Below, piece after piece: positions 31,578 to 40,463 of a stretch of DNA of 64,000 bases; positions within the stretch are counted from its first letter, which is position 1, and each line of letters opens with the position of its first letter. The DNA lies in the NCBI GenBank assembly GCA_019358935.1, contig JAHHIK010000028.1, positions 1-64,000 of the forward strand, given 5' to 3'. Origin of the DNA: Tolypothrix carrinoi HA7290-LM1 (GTDB lineage Bacteria; Cyanobacteriota; Cyanobacteriia; Cyanobacteriales; Nostocaceae). The notes beneath the pieces are model-generated. The model searched no databases. It had not been told where the DNA came from and saw only the letters and a program-made list of their open reading frames with translations. The position numbers and the translations under genes are program-made.

Positions 31578-34500
31578 ATGCTGCCGGAACAACAACAGCG
31601 CATTTTAGGTTACTTTATTGAAGAAGCAAGAGACCACCTGAATACGATTGAGCAGGGGTTGTTAAATCTCCAGAGTACCCTGAACGACCCGGAAATGATT
31701 AACGAAGTTTTTCGGGCAGCTCACTCTATCAAAGGGGGAGCGGCGATGCTTGGTCTGAGTAGCATTCAGCACACGTCTCACCGTTTGGAAGACTGTTTCA
31801 AAATTCTCAAAGAGCATCCGGTTCAAATTGACCAAAAGTTAGAATCTTTGTTTCTCGGTGTTTCTGATACTTTGAAAGCGCTGTTAGAGCATTTGACTGG
31901 ACCTTTTGGTTTAACAGAAGATGCTGCTAACACTTTGATGTCAGAAACCGAGCCGGTCTTTGAATGGTTGAACGAGCATTTGTCCATGCTTGTACAACAA
32001 AGTAGCAATCAAGCAACAAGTAATACAGAAAGAACTGCATCAAATAACAAATTTCAACCGCAGGAAATCTCGACATTACATGTAGCACCGGAAATTAAAA
32101 GTGTGGGTGAGTTTCAAACTCAGGTGCTGCAAAAACTACGCGATATGTTGCAATTATTTAAGCGAATGCCAACACAAGAAACTCGACAACAACTGCAAGA
32201 TTGCTGTTATGAGTTAGCGAGATTCGGTGAGTCGTTGAATTTTTCAAATTGGTCTGGTTTGTGTCGTGACGCTGGAAGTGCGATCGCTAATCCCAAAAAC
32301 AGCTTTCTAACTTTAGCAAAAACTGTTATTACCGAAATTAAACAAGCTCTGGAATTAGCTACACAAAACAGAGACTCAGAAATTGCCATCAGTCCGCAAC
32401 TAAAAGCACTCTTGAGTGTCTTAGAAATTGACTTATTAGAAATAAGTGATAATTTTATTGCCGAACCATCGACAGATAAAAATTTAATATTAGCTAGCAC
32501 TATCAGCACTAATAATCTTGATATAGCCGCACCGACAGAAAATAATTTTGCTGATTTAGAGTTGGAGCCACAAGACACTATAAACAGTTTAACTGAGTTA
32601 TCGACACCATTAAACTTTAATAGTGAAGACGCTATCAGCAGTTTAACTGAGTTATCGACACCATTAAACTTTGGGAGTGAAGATACTATCAGCAGTTTAA
32701 GTGAGTTATCGACACCATTAAACTTTGACAGTGAAGACAGCATAACTAGCTTAACTGAATTATCCGCATCTGCGAACCAAGACCAAGATAATTTTGCGGA
32801 TATATTTTCAAGCGATCGCAAACTAAGTCAAGACGACAAACTGCTGAATAATAAAAGCATTGATTTGAATGGACCAGAGGTAGGAATAGCTGAGTTAAAT
32901 GCTCTTGCGGACTTTTTTGAAGGTGAAACTCCAGACTTGGATGAAACCTGGCAAAAAGTAGAAATTTTAGATGATACTTCAGATAATGAATTGTCAATTG
33001 ATATCAGCAACGACACTGAAGATGCTGATAACGATTTTGCAGATTTACTTTCCTTTGAAAAAGAACCTAGCAGCAATTACCAAACAAATATTACTGCAAC
33101 CGAAGATTTAACTCTTTTGCAGTTATTTGACGATAACTTACCAGAACAAGCATCGCTATTTCCAGAAACAGCTATTACAAACCTAGAATTGAGTGATAAT
33201 TCTAATTGTGAGGAAATGCCAGAACTTGCAACTAGTTCTGATGATATTGCCTTGAATAATGAATTACCATCAGATGTGGTAGACGATTTCTTGGCATTAA
33301 CACTCAATGAAAATGAATTATTTTCTCTAGGAGAAGTAACTCAACCAGAAGCTGAGAATATCAATGCAACTTTTACCTCAGCGAAAACTTCCTCCTTGAA
33401 TGACCTTGATAGCATAGAAGAACTATCCCCCGAGCAAGATAATAATTTTGAGCAGGTTTTTCCAGAAACAGCGAATGCAAATTTGGTAGAGGAAATTCCT
33501 TTAACTAATCATCTCCCAGAAATTACTCAAAGCCAAGAAGAAAGCTTTTCTTTAGATAGTCTGTTTGCTGCGGAAGAAGAGACAATACCATCTACGACAA
33601 AATCAGAATCAAGCGATTTATTTGATTTTTTAAACTTTCCAACAGCCGCAGAAATTTCTCAATCAGAAGAGGATTTAAACGACTTTTGGAGTCAGGAACC
33701 CGAAGAAGAACTTCATCAAAAATTTCATCTGGAAGTTGAGCTGGATGCAGTCAGAGCGTTAGAAGCAAGTTTGTTTGCTGCTGCTGCTTCCGGTGACATT
33801 TTTGGTAGCAGCGAGCAAGCGTCAGAAGAAAATTTTGATATCGAAGATATAGATATCAGTTTCCTACAGTCAGATTTGATATTTGCATCGGATGTGGATG
33901 ATGATTTCTTTGCTCAATTTACATCAACCGAGTCAGGGGATCTATTTAGCGATCGCGAATCTCCCCAAGATATTCACAACCTCCCCCAACAGCATACCAC
34001 CCAATTGCAGCCAGAAAACTTATCGGACGCGATGCTTCCCGAAGCTGTAGAAGCGCAACCCGAATTTACTAAATCATTTGAAGAGGAAACTAATTTATTA
34101 GATACTGCTTTTGATGAAAATAACAATGATACGCTAAATATAGAAGATACACCAAAAATTGACACCACAGAAAGTTCTTTAGTAGCACAAGATTTATTGA
34201 AGAGAGAAATCGCAATAGATATCAATGCAGAAACTTCTGAACCACAGCTAGAGACACAAGAAGTTGCACCAAAGGTAAATAATAGCTTCCAAGCTGCCTT
34301 GAACTTCACAGAAACACCTTTTTATCAAGATGAAAATTTAGCCGAGTCAGAACTGAATTTAATTAATGATTTATTTTCTGGAGAAAATTTCCTGCTAGAG
34401 GCAAATCAGGAATTTATACCAGAAACGGTAGTAGAAAGTGATAATAATGATTTACTTGCCACAGAAAATTTACTTGTATCAAATCAAGAATTTCTCCCAG

Positions 34501-37103
34501 AAACGGTAGTAGAAAGTGATGATAATAATGATTTACTGAAGACAGAAAATTTACTTGTAGAGGAAAATCATGAATTTCTCCCAGAAACGGTAGTAGAAAG
34601 TGATGATAATAATGATTTACTGAAGACAGAAAATTTACTTGTAGAGGAAAATCATGAATTTCTCCCAGAAACCGATATTGAAGAAAGTACATTTGAAGCT
34701 GTCTTGGAAGTAGCAGACGATGAAGATTTGTTGGAAATACCAGAATCTTCAGATGCTTTTAATGAGCCAACTTCAGAAGTTGAGATAATCGAGAATGAAT
34801 CTGCTGCTTTAGAGTATATCAGAGCAGAAACTAAAGCTATAGAAGATGCAGATACGGCAAATTCTGCCTCTGTTTTAGATGAATTTGCCGACTTGGAAGC
34901 ACTGCTAGAAGAGGAAGTAACATCTACTCCTGATATCGAAATATCAGACATAGATTTTGCTGACTTGGAAGCGTTGCTGGGTGAGGAAAAAGCATCAACG
35001 GTAACACCGACTGTTAATAATGTCACAAGGTTAGCTGTATCCTCCGAACTACCAAATGAATTTGGTGATTTAGAGAAACTACTGAAAGAAGCAGATCAAA
35101 CGATATCGCATTCACCAACGGTAACATCAAGCACTAGCAAAAATCAACGTCAGCCGCGTCGCGGTGCGAGATTTGAAGAAACAATGCGCGTCCCGGTGAA
35201 GCATCTGGACGATATGAGTAACTTAGTTGGAGAGTTGGTAGTAAATCGCAACACCTTAGAAGAGGATCAGGGACGACAGCGACAATCCTTAGATAATTTG
35301 TTGCATCAGATACAACAGCTTTCGGATGTGGGAGCGAGAATGCAAGAATTATACGAGCGATCGCTTCTGGAAGCTTCTTTATTAGCCAGTCGCAAATATA
35401 AAGAATCTCTTCCCCTAGTTAGTGATTCAAATACAGACAGAGGATTTAGCGAACTAGAAATGGATCGCTTTACTCCCTTCCACACGCTTTCTCAAGAAAT
35501 GATTGAATTGATCGTGCGAGTGCGAGAGTCAGCCAGTGACATTGACTTTGTTACCGAAGAAACCGAACGGGTAGCGCGACAGTTTCGACAAGTAACTACT
35601 CAATTGCAAGAAGGACTGACAAAAGCGCGAATGGAACCTTTTTCTCAAGCTACCGATGGTTTGCAACGAGGAGTGCGCGACACCGCGATCAAGCATGGCA
35701 GACAAGTAGAACTTGTAATTGAAGGTGGAGACACTTTCATCGACAAGATGATTGTAGAGCATTTGAAGACTCCTTTAAATCATATGCTCAATAATGCGAT
35801 CGCTCACGGCATTGAAACCCCAGAAATCCGTCAACAGCAAGGTAAATCACCTGTGGGAACAATTAGCGTCCGTGCTTTCCACCAAGGAAACCAAACGATT
35901 ATTTCTGTTAAGGATGATGGTGCAGGTATCAATACAGATCAAGTGAAAGCAAAAGCGATCGCTAAAAATTTAATTAGCACCGAAAAAGCCAAAAGCATGT
36001 CTCCCATTGAGGTGTATGACTTGCTGTTTGAACCGAATTTCAGCACCAAAGACGAAGCTGATGAATTATCAGGTCGCGGTGTCGGTATGGACGTAGTTCG
36101 CACTTCGATCAGCGAAATTCGCGGCACAATCACTACTGATTCTACCATCGGCAAGGGAACTACTTTCACAATTCGTTTGCCGCTGACTTTGAGTATTTGT
36201 AAAGCTTTGTGCTGCGTCTCCGACAAAGCGAGAATTGCCTTCCCGATGGATGGTGTGGAAGATACTTTAGATATACCTGCGAAAAATATTCAGACAAATG
36301 CCGAGGGACAATCATTTATATCTTGGCGCGATACAATGTTACCATTCCGACCGCTGAAAGAACTTTTAACTTTCAATCGGTTACTCAGCCGAGGTAACGT
36401 TTACGGCGGAAATCGCGACGATGATATGATTTCTGTGATTGTCGTGCGATCGGCAAATACCTTGATTGCTCTGCAAATAGATCAGGTACTCAGCGAACAA
36501 GAAATAGTTATCAAGCAGTTTGAAAGACCGGCACCAAAACCGATTGGTGTAGCTGGTGCTACCGTCCTCGGTGATGGTCGAATTATGCCGATCGCTGATG
36601 TGCTAGAAATAATTGACATCTTCCAAGGACGCACGGTCAAACAAAGTAATCTCTGGGAACAAAAAAATACTTCCGCTACCGCAGAAACACCTGCTACGAA
36701 AATTGACCCGACAGTGTTGATTGTCGATGACTCAATTACAGTCCGCGAGTTGCTTTCTCTCACCTTTAACAAAGCCGGTTATCGCGTAGAACAAGCGCGT
36801 GATGGTCAGGAAGCTTGGGATAAACTGCGTTCCGGTCTCCCCTGCGATATCGTATTTTGCGACATCGAGATGCCCCGCTGCGATGGTCTGGAGTTGCTTT
36901 CTCGCATCCAGAAAGATTCTACCCTTAACCATTTACCGATCGCCATGCTTACTTCGCGTGGTGCAGATAAACACCGACAAATGGCAGTGCAACTAGGTGC
37001 TAGTGGCTACTTCACTAAACCTTATCTGGAAGAAGCTTTACTCGAAGCTGCTTCGCGGATGCTCAAAGGAGAAAAGCTGGTTAACAGTGCTAATAACGCT
37101 TAG
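31578..37103 (+). CDS. hmpE: CheA-like hybrid kinase (Hpt, acidic linker, HATPase, CheW, receiver)
   Basis: FRAAHSIKGGA, NAIAHGIE, DDGAG, SGRGVGMDVV and C-terminal receiver. Confidence 0.93.
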   Translation: MLPEQQQRILGYFIEEARDHLNTIEQGLLNLQSTLNDPEMINEVFRAAHSIKGGAAMLGLSSIQHTSHRLEDCFKILKEHPVQIDQKLESLFLGVSDTLKALLEHLTGPFGLTEDAANTLMSETEPVFEWLNEHLSMLVQQSSNQATSNTERTASNNKFQPQEISTLHVAPEIKSVGEFQTQVLQKLRDMLQLFKRMPTQETRQQLQDCCYELARFGESLNFSNWSGLCRDAGSAIANPKNSFLTLAKTVITEIKQALELATQNRDSEIAISPQLKALLSVLEIDLLEISDNFIAEPSTDKNLILASTISTNNLDIAAPTENNFADLELEPQDTINSLTELSTPLNFNSEDAISSLTELSTPLNFGSEDTISSLSELSTPLNFDSEDSITSLTELSASANQDQDNFADIFSSDRKLSQDDKLLNNKSIDLNGPEVGIAELNALADFFEGETPDLDETWQKVEILDDTSDNELSIDISNDTEDADNDFADLLSFEKEPSSNYQTNITATEDLTLLQLFDDNLPEQASLFPETAITNLELSDNSNCEEMPELATSSDDIALNNELPSDVVDDFLALTLNENELFSLGEVTQPEAENINATFTSAKTSSLNDLDSIEELSPEQDNNFEQVFPETANANLVEEIPLTNHLPEITQSQEESFSLDSLFAAEEETIPSTTKSESSDLFDFLNFPTAAEISQSEEDLNDFWSQEPEEELHQKFHLEVELDAVRALEASLFAAAASGDIFGSSEQASEENFDIEDIDISFLQSDLIFASDVDDDFFAQFTSTESGDLFSDRESPQDIHNLPQQHTTQLQPENLSDAMLPEAVEAQPEFTKSFEEETNLLDTAFDENNNDTLNIEDTPKIDTTESSLVAQDLLKREIAIDINAETSEPQLETQEVAPKVNNSFQAALNFTETPFYQDENLAESELNLINDLFSGENFLLEANQEFIPETVVESDNNDLLATENLLVSNQEFLPETVVESDDNNDLLKTENLLVEENHEFLPETVVESDDNNDLLKTENLLVEENHEFLPETDIEESTFEAVLEVADDEDLLEIPESSDAFNEPTSEVEIIENESAALEYIRAETKAIEDADTANSASVLDEFADLEALLEEEVTSTPDIEISDIDFADLEALLGEEKASTVTPTVNNVTRLAVSSELPNEFGDLEKLLKEADQTISHSPTVTSSTSKNQRQPRRGARFEETMRVPVKHLDDMSNLVGELVVNRNTLEEDQGRQRQSLDNLLHQIQQLSDVGARMQELYERSLLEASLLASRKYKESLPLVSDSNTDRGFSELEMDRFTPFHTLSQEMIELIVRVRESASDIDFVTEETERVARQFRQVTTQLQEGLTKARMEPFSQATDGLQRGVRDTAIKHGRQVELVIEGGDTFIDKMIVEHLKTPLNHMLNNAIAHGIETPEIRQQQGKSPVGTISVRAFHQGNQTIISVKDDGAGINTDQVKAKAIAKNLISTEKAKSMSPIEVYDLLFEPNFSTKDEADELSGRGVGMDVVRTSISEIRGTITTDSTIGKGTTFTIRLPLTLSICKALCCVSDKARIAFPMDGVEDTLDIPAKNIQTNAEGQSFISWRDTMLPFRPLKELLTFNRLLSRGNVYGGNRDDDMISVIVVRSANTLIALQIDQVLSEQEIVIKQFERPAPKPIGVAGATVLGDGRIMPIADVLEIIDIFQGRTVKQSNLWEQKNTSATAETPATKIDPTVLIVDDSITVRELLSLTFNKAGYRVEQARDGQEAWDKLRSGLPCDIVFCDIEMPRCDGLELLSRIQKDSTLNHLPIAMLTSRGADKHRQMAVQLGASGYFTKPYLEEALLEAASRMLKGEKLVNSANNA

Positions 37104-37299
37104 TTGTCATACCATAAATCTTTTTTTCTTTAATTTAGCCTTTCTGGGATTGATTCGTGCCTCTCTACCAGACGCGTTGCGCGTTCGCAATGACTATAAT
37201 ATTTTGTCATTGCGGGAACAAACTGAAGTGTTCAAAGCAGCGTGTCGCAGACAAGCGATCGCTTTCGTATTGGGATTGCTTCGTGCCCCGCTTCGGACA

Positions 37300-37878
37300 T
37301 TATCCCCAAATTCGTTGCAGATTGAGTACAAAACCAGGTAAAACATTTAAGGCGGAAATAGTTTGAGGAAATTTTAAAATTTCCACATCTTGTCCTGGAC
37401 GATAAATTTCTACTTCCTGTTTTTTTCGGTTGATCAACCAACCAAGACGACACCCATTTTTCATATATTCATCCATTTTGTCTTGAACTTTTTTCAAAGT
37501 GTCGGATGGTGACATTATTTCAATGACAAAATCAGGACATAGGGGAATAAATTTTTCTTTTTGCTCTTTAGTCAAAGCATCCCAACGAGATTTTTCTACC
37601 CAAGAAACATCTGGAGAACGGTCAGCCCCTGAAGGTAAAGTAAATCCAGTTGATGAATCAAAAACTTCGCCCAATTGATTTTGTTCATTCCATGATGCTA
37701 CTTGAAGAATTAAATTAACATTACTTCTCCCTGTTTCTCCTCCCGTAGGTGGCATTATAATCAATTCTCCTTGGGCATTGCGTTCTAATTTTAAATCGGG
37801 GTTTTCTTCACACAATTGATAAAACTGCTCTCTTGTCAGTTTAATTACAGAATTGAGGTTTAATGTAAGTGCTGTCAT
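37300..37878 (-). CDS. Uma2 (DUF820) family endonuclease-fold protein, copy A
   Basis: ERNAQGELIIMPPTGGETG, RSPDVSW, CPDFVIEI.S and LGWLIN motifs. Confidence 0.93.
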   Translation of the reverse strand: MTALTLNLNSVIKLTREQFYQLCEENPDLKLERNAQGELIIMPPTGGETGRSNVNLILQVASWNEQNQLGEVFDSSTGFTLPSGADRSPDVSWVEKSRWDALTKEQKEKFIPLCPDFVIEIMSPSDTLKKVQDKMDEYMKNGCRLGWLINRKKQEVEIYRPGQDVEILKFPQTISALNVLPGFVLNLQRIWG

Positions 37879-38080
37879 AACAACCTCTAATTAACTCATC
37901 TATTATCAAAAATAGCATCGGCGACTTCTAGTCGCGGCGTTGCGCGTACAAAGTCCGCTAGCATTTACTATGCAAGGGCGAAAAATACCTGACTTACCCA
38001 TCCAGCCTGAAGAGCGATCGCAACGGCTAGAAATTAATATGTGCCTCTCTACGAGACGCGTTGCGCGATCGCTTCGGACA

Positions 38081-38659
38081 TTATCCCCAAATTCGTTGCA
38101 GATTGAGTACAAAACCAGGTAGAATATTTTCCCCGGAAATAGTTTGAGGAAATTTTAAAACTTCCACATTTTGTCCTGGACGATAAATTTCTACTTCCTG
38201 TTTTTTTCTGTTTATCAACCAACCTAGACGACAACCATTTTCGATATACTCTTGCATCTTGTTCTGAGTTTTTTTCAAGCTGTCATTAGATGACATTATT
38301 TCAATGACAAAATCAGGACATAAGGGAATAAATTTTTCTTTTTGCTCTTTAGTCAAAGCATCCCAACGAGATTTTTCTACCCAAGAAACATCTGGAGAAC
38401 GGTCAGAACCTGAAGGTAAAGTAAATCCAGTTGATGAATCAAAAACTTCGCCCAATTGATTTTGGTCGTTCCAGAACCATATTTGAGCGTTAATAGTAGA
38501 ATTACTTCTCCCTGTTTCTCCTCCCGTAGGTGGCATTATAATTAATTCTCCTTGGGCATTGCGTTCTAATTTTAAATCGGGATTTTCTTCACACAATTGA
38601 TAAAACTGCTCTCTTGTCAGTTTAATTACAGAATTGAGGTTTAATGTAAGTGCTGTCAT
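38081..38659 (-). CDS. Uma2 (DUF820) family endonuclease-fold protein, copy B
   Basis: Near-identical tandem duplicate of copy A (offset 781 bp). Confidence 0.93.
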   Translation of the reverse strand: MTALTLNLNSVIKLTREQFYQLCEENPDLKLERNAQGELIIMPPTGGETGRSNSTINAQIWFWNDQNQLGEVFDSSTGFTLPSGSDRSPDVSWVEKSRWDALTKEQKEKFIPLCPDFVIEIMSSNDSLKKTQNKMQEYIENGCRLGWLINRKKQEVEIYRPGQNVEVLKFPQTISGENILPGFVLNLQRIWG

Positions 38660-39024
38660 ATCAACCTCTAATTAACTCATCTATTATCAAAAATAGCATC
38701 GGTGACTTCTAGTCGCGGCGTTGCGCGTACAAAGTCCGCATGACAAGGACTTAAGAAAAGTTGAAACCCGCGTAGTAGGCGGGTTTAGTCTGTGTAGCTG
38801 CGATTTCAATTGCCCAGTACTGCAAAGCCTCAGCCCCGACGATATACCGCGTCATCTGCTTGATTTCCTTGTTATTGATGATGTGGGCTTACGCACTGTC
38901 AATATTTGCGAAGATTTAGTCTTGTTCTATCTTAGAACTATGTCACGAAAAAATTAGCATTTACTATGACCAGCGAAAAACACCTGACTTACCCATCCAG
39001 TCCGAAAAGCGATCGCGTTGATAA

Positions 39025-39162
39025 CTACCGCAGTTCGTTTTTCCATACGCTTTTAGCAGAATGCAATCCACCAAGCTTGCTCTTGGTGACCTCGTTAATG
39101 ATACGGTAATACTCAATTGAAGACTCCCAACTCATTCCCCCGATTAGCCCAATTGTTTTCAC
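39025..39162 (-). pseudogene. Truncated aspartate/glutamate racemase-family gene (second integron cassette)
   Basis: GAGGAG RBS then GTG: MKTIGLIGGMSWESSIEYYRIINEVTKSKLGGLHSAKSV; similarity ends after about 39 codons at the POP-derived repeat. Confidence 0.85.
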
Positions 39163-39264
39163 GATGGCTCCTCAAATGACTAAGACGATTGCTTGCCACT
39201 TCACAGTTTAATTGAACTTCTCACAGGTGACTTTGAAGTACTGTCCTAACCCAGAATAGGAGCC

Positions 39265-39348
39265 GTATAACGACCAGGGTAAGCGGCGATGAAAGAATTA
39301 TAAACGAAGCGAGAAAACTTTGTTCGCCGCTCCAACTACTTGTTAGCT
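39265..39348 (-). other. Putative integron attC site (84 bp)
   Basis: Minus strand AGCTAAC...GAGCGGCGA...TCGCCGCTT...GTTATAC: TAAC/GTTA core sites plus inner palindromic arms, 41 nt after the MOSC stop. Confidence 0.75.
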
Positions 39349-39389
39349 TGCGATACTATACGACGATGCTGGTTCAGGATCAATTAGTG

Positions 39390-39938
39390 TCAGACCCGAT
39401 CAAGAGCTTGGTGTGGTTCCGGTGGTAGTTCGATTCGGATTGAGTTGCCAGGGCGTATCTCGCCGCCAACCATAACGATCCCCATGACCCCAGCCTTACG
39501 AATGAGTTTGCCGTGTTCGTCACGTCCCAACACTGCCGCCATCAGTCCCGACTGGAACTGATCTAACTGGGCGCAGGGATTTCTCAACCCCGTCAACTCG
39601 ACAACTGCCGTGTCCCCTAGATATAGCTGTGCGCCCGTCGGCAAACTCAACAGATCAATACCGCGTGTCGTAACATTCTCACCCATTTGCCCGGCTGACA
39701 CCTCAAAGCCAAAAGTTCGCAATTCATCATGCAGTTCAGCGTGAATTAAATGCACTTGGCGTAAATTCGGCTGCGTTGGATCAACCGCCACTCGCGATCG
39801 ATGCTTGACCGTCTTGCCCATGTGTGAATCACCTTCAACACCTAGCCCAGCTAGAAGTTGAATACTCTCCTGATTTAGTTTAGTAAATGTGTGTGTTGTA
39901 CTGCGGCTGACTGCTATCACTACACCACCCATCTCCAT
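39390..39938 (-). CDS. MOSC domain protein (first integron cassette)
   Basis: GLGVEGDSH, RQVHL, GENVTTRG, LRNPC.QL and G.V..GG.IRPG motifs; GC-richer than flanks by eye. Confidence 0.9.
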   Translation of the reverse strand: MEMGGVVIAVSRSTTHTFTKLNQESIQLLAGLGVEGDSHMGKTVKHRSRVAVDPTQPNLRQVHLIHAELHDELRTFGFEVSAGQMGENVTTRGIDLLSLPTGAQLYLGDTAVVELTGLRNPCAQLDQFQSGLMAAVLGRDEHGKLIRKAGVMGIVMVGGEIRPGNSIRIELPPEPHQALDRV

Positions 39939-40061
39939 CACCTCACTGTTTCTAAATCACAAATCCCATTCTAAATCTGACCTCTGCCAGTCGCTCTATC
40001 TTCACTGAACTTTCAACATCAACAAATAACCTTCAAAAGACTGCCACCACCCGTAAACGAA

Positions 40062-40285
40062 GCCGCATAACTATTTATTATACATAAAATTACCGTCTAA
40101 TTACTCAATTTGGGGTAGTTATACAGAATTTTTCCATCTAATATCCCTATTTGGACACTAGACGGAAATTGTCCGTATATTTACCCTAATTGAGTCTGTA
40201 TGTGGCATTCTTGCGTATATCCTCGGCTAATAGCCAGAATTTTTCTGGATGTTATCCAAATCAGGACATGAGACGGAAATTTCCT
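40062..40285 (-). promoter_or_regulatory. Putative attI / integron promoter region
   Basis: Core site GTTATGC on the minus strand at 40065-40071; repeated AGACGGAAAT boxes; lies between the intI remnant and the first cassette. Confidence 0.55.
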
Positions 40286-40297
40286 TGATATTTTTCT

Positions 40298-40414
40298 CTG
40301 GAAAAACGCCCAAAAAAGTTGTTGAAACAGGTTCAGGACGCAATTCGGCTCAAGCATTATTCTTACAATACAGAAAAAAGCTACATTGACGCGGATGTGC
40401 TCTCAACCCCTTAG
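40298..40414 (+). pseudogene. intI: Integron integrase N-terminal remnant (38 codons)
   Basis: CTG-EKRPKKLLKQVQDAIRLKHYSYNTEKSYID resembles the IntI N-terminus (LL.QV...IR.KHYS..TE.SY); catalytic domain absent; divergent from the cassettes. Confidence 0.8.
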
Positions 40415-40463
40415 CAAGGTTCTATCTTAGAACTATGTCAATAATGGATTAGCCTCTAACATT

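Noticed and set aside
37300..38659. Diversity-generating retroelement TR/VR pair in the Uma2 copies
   Set aside because: Differences are not adenine-specific, both copies are full genes, and no reverse transcriptase is present
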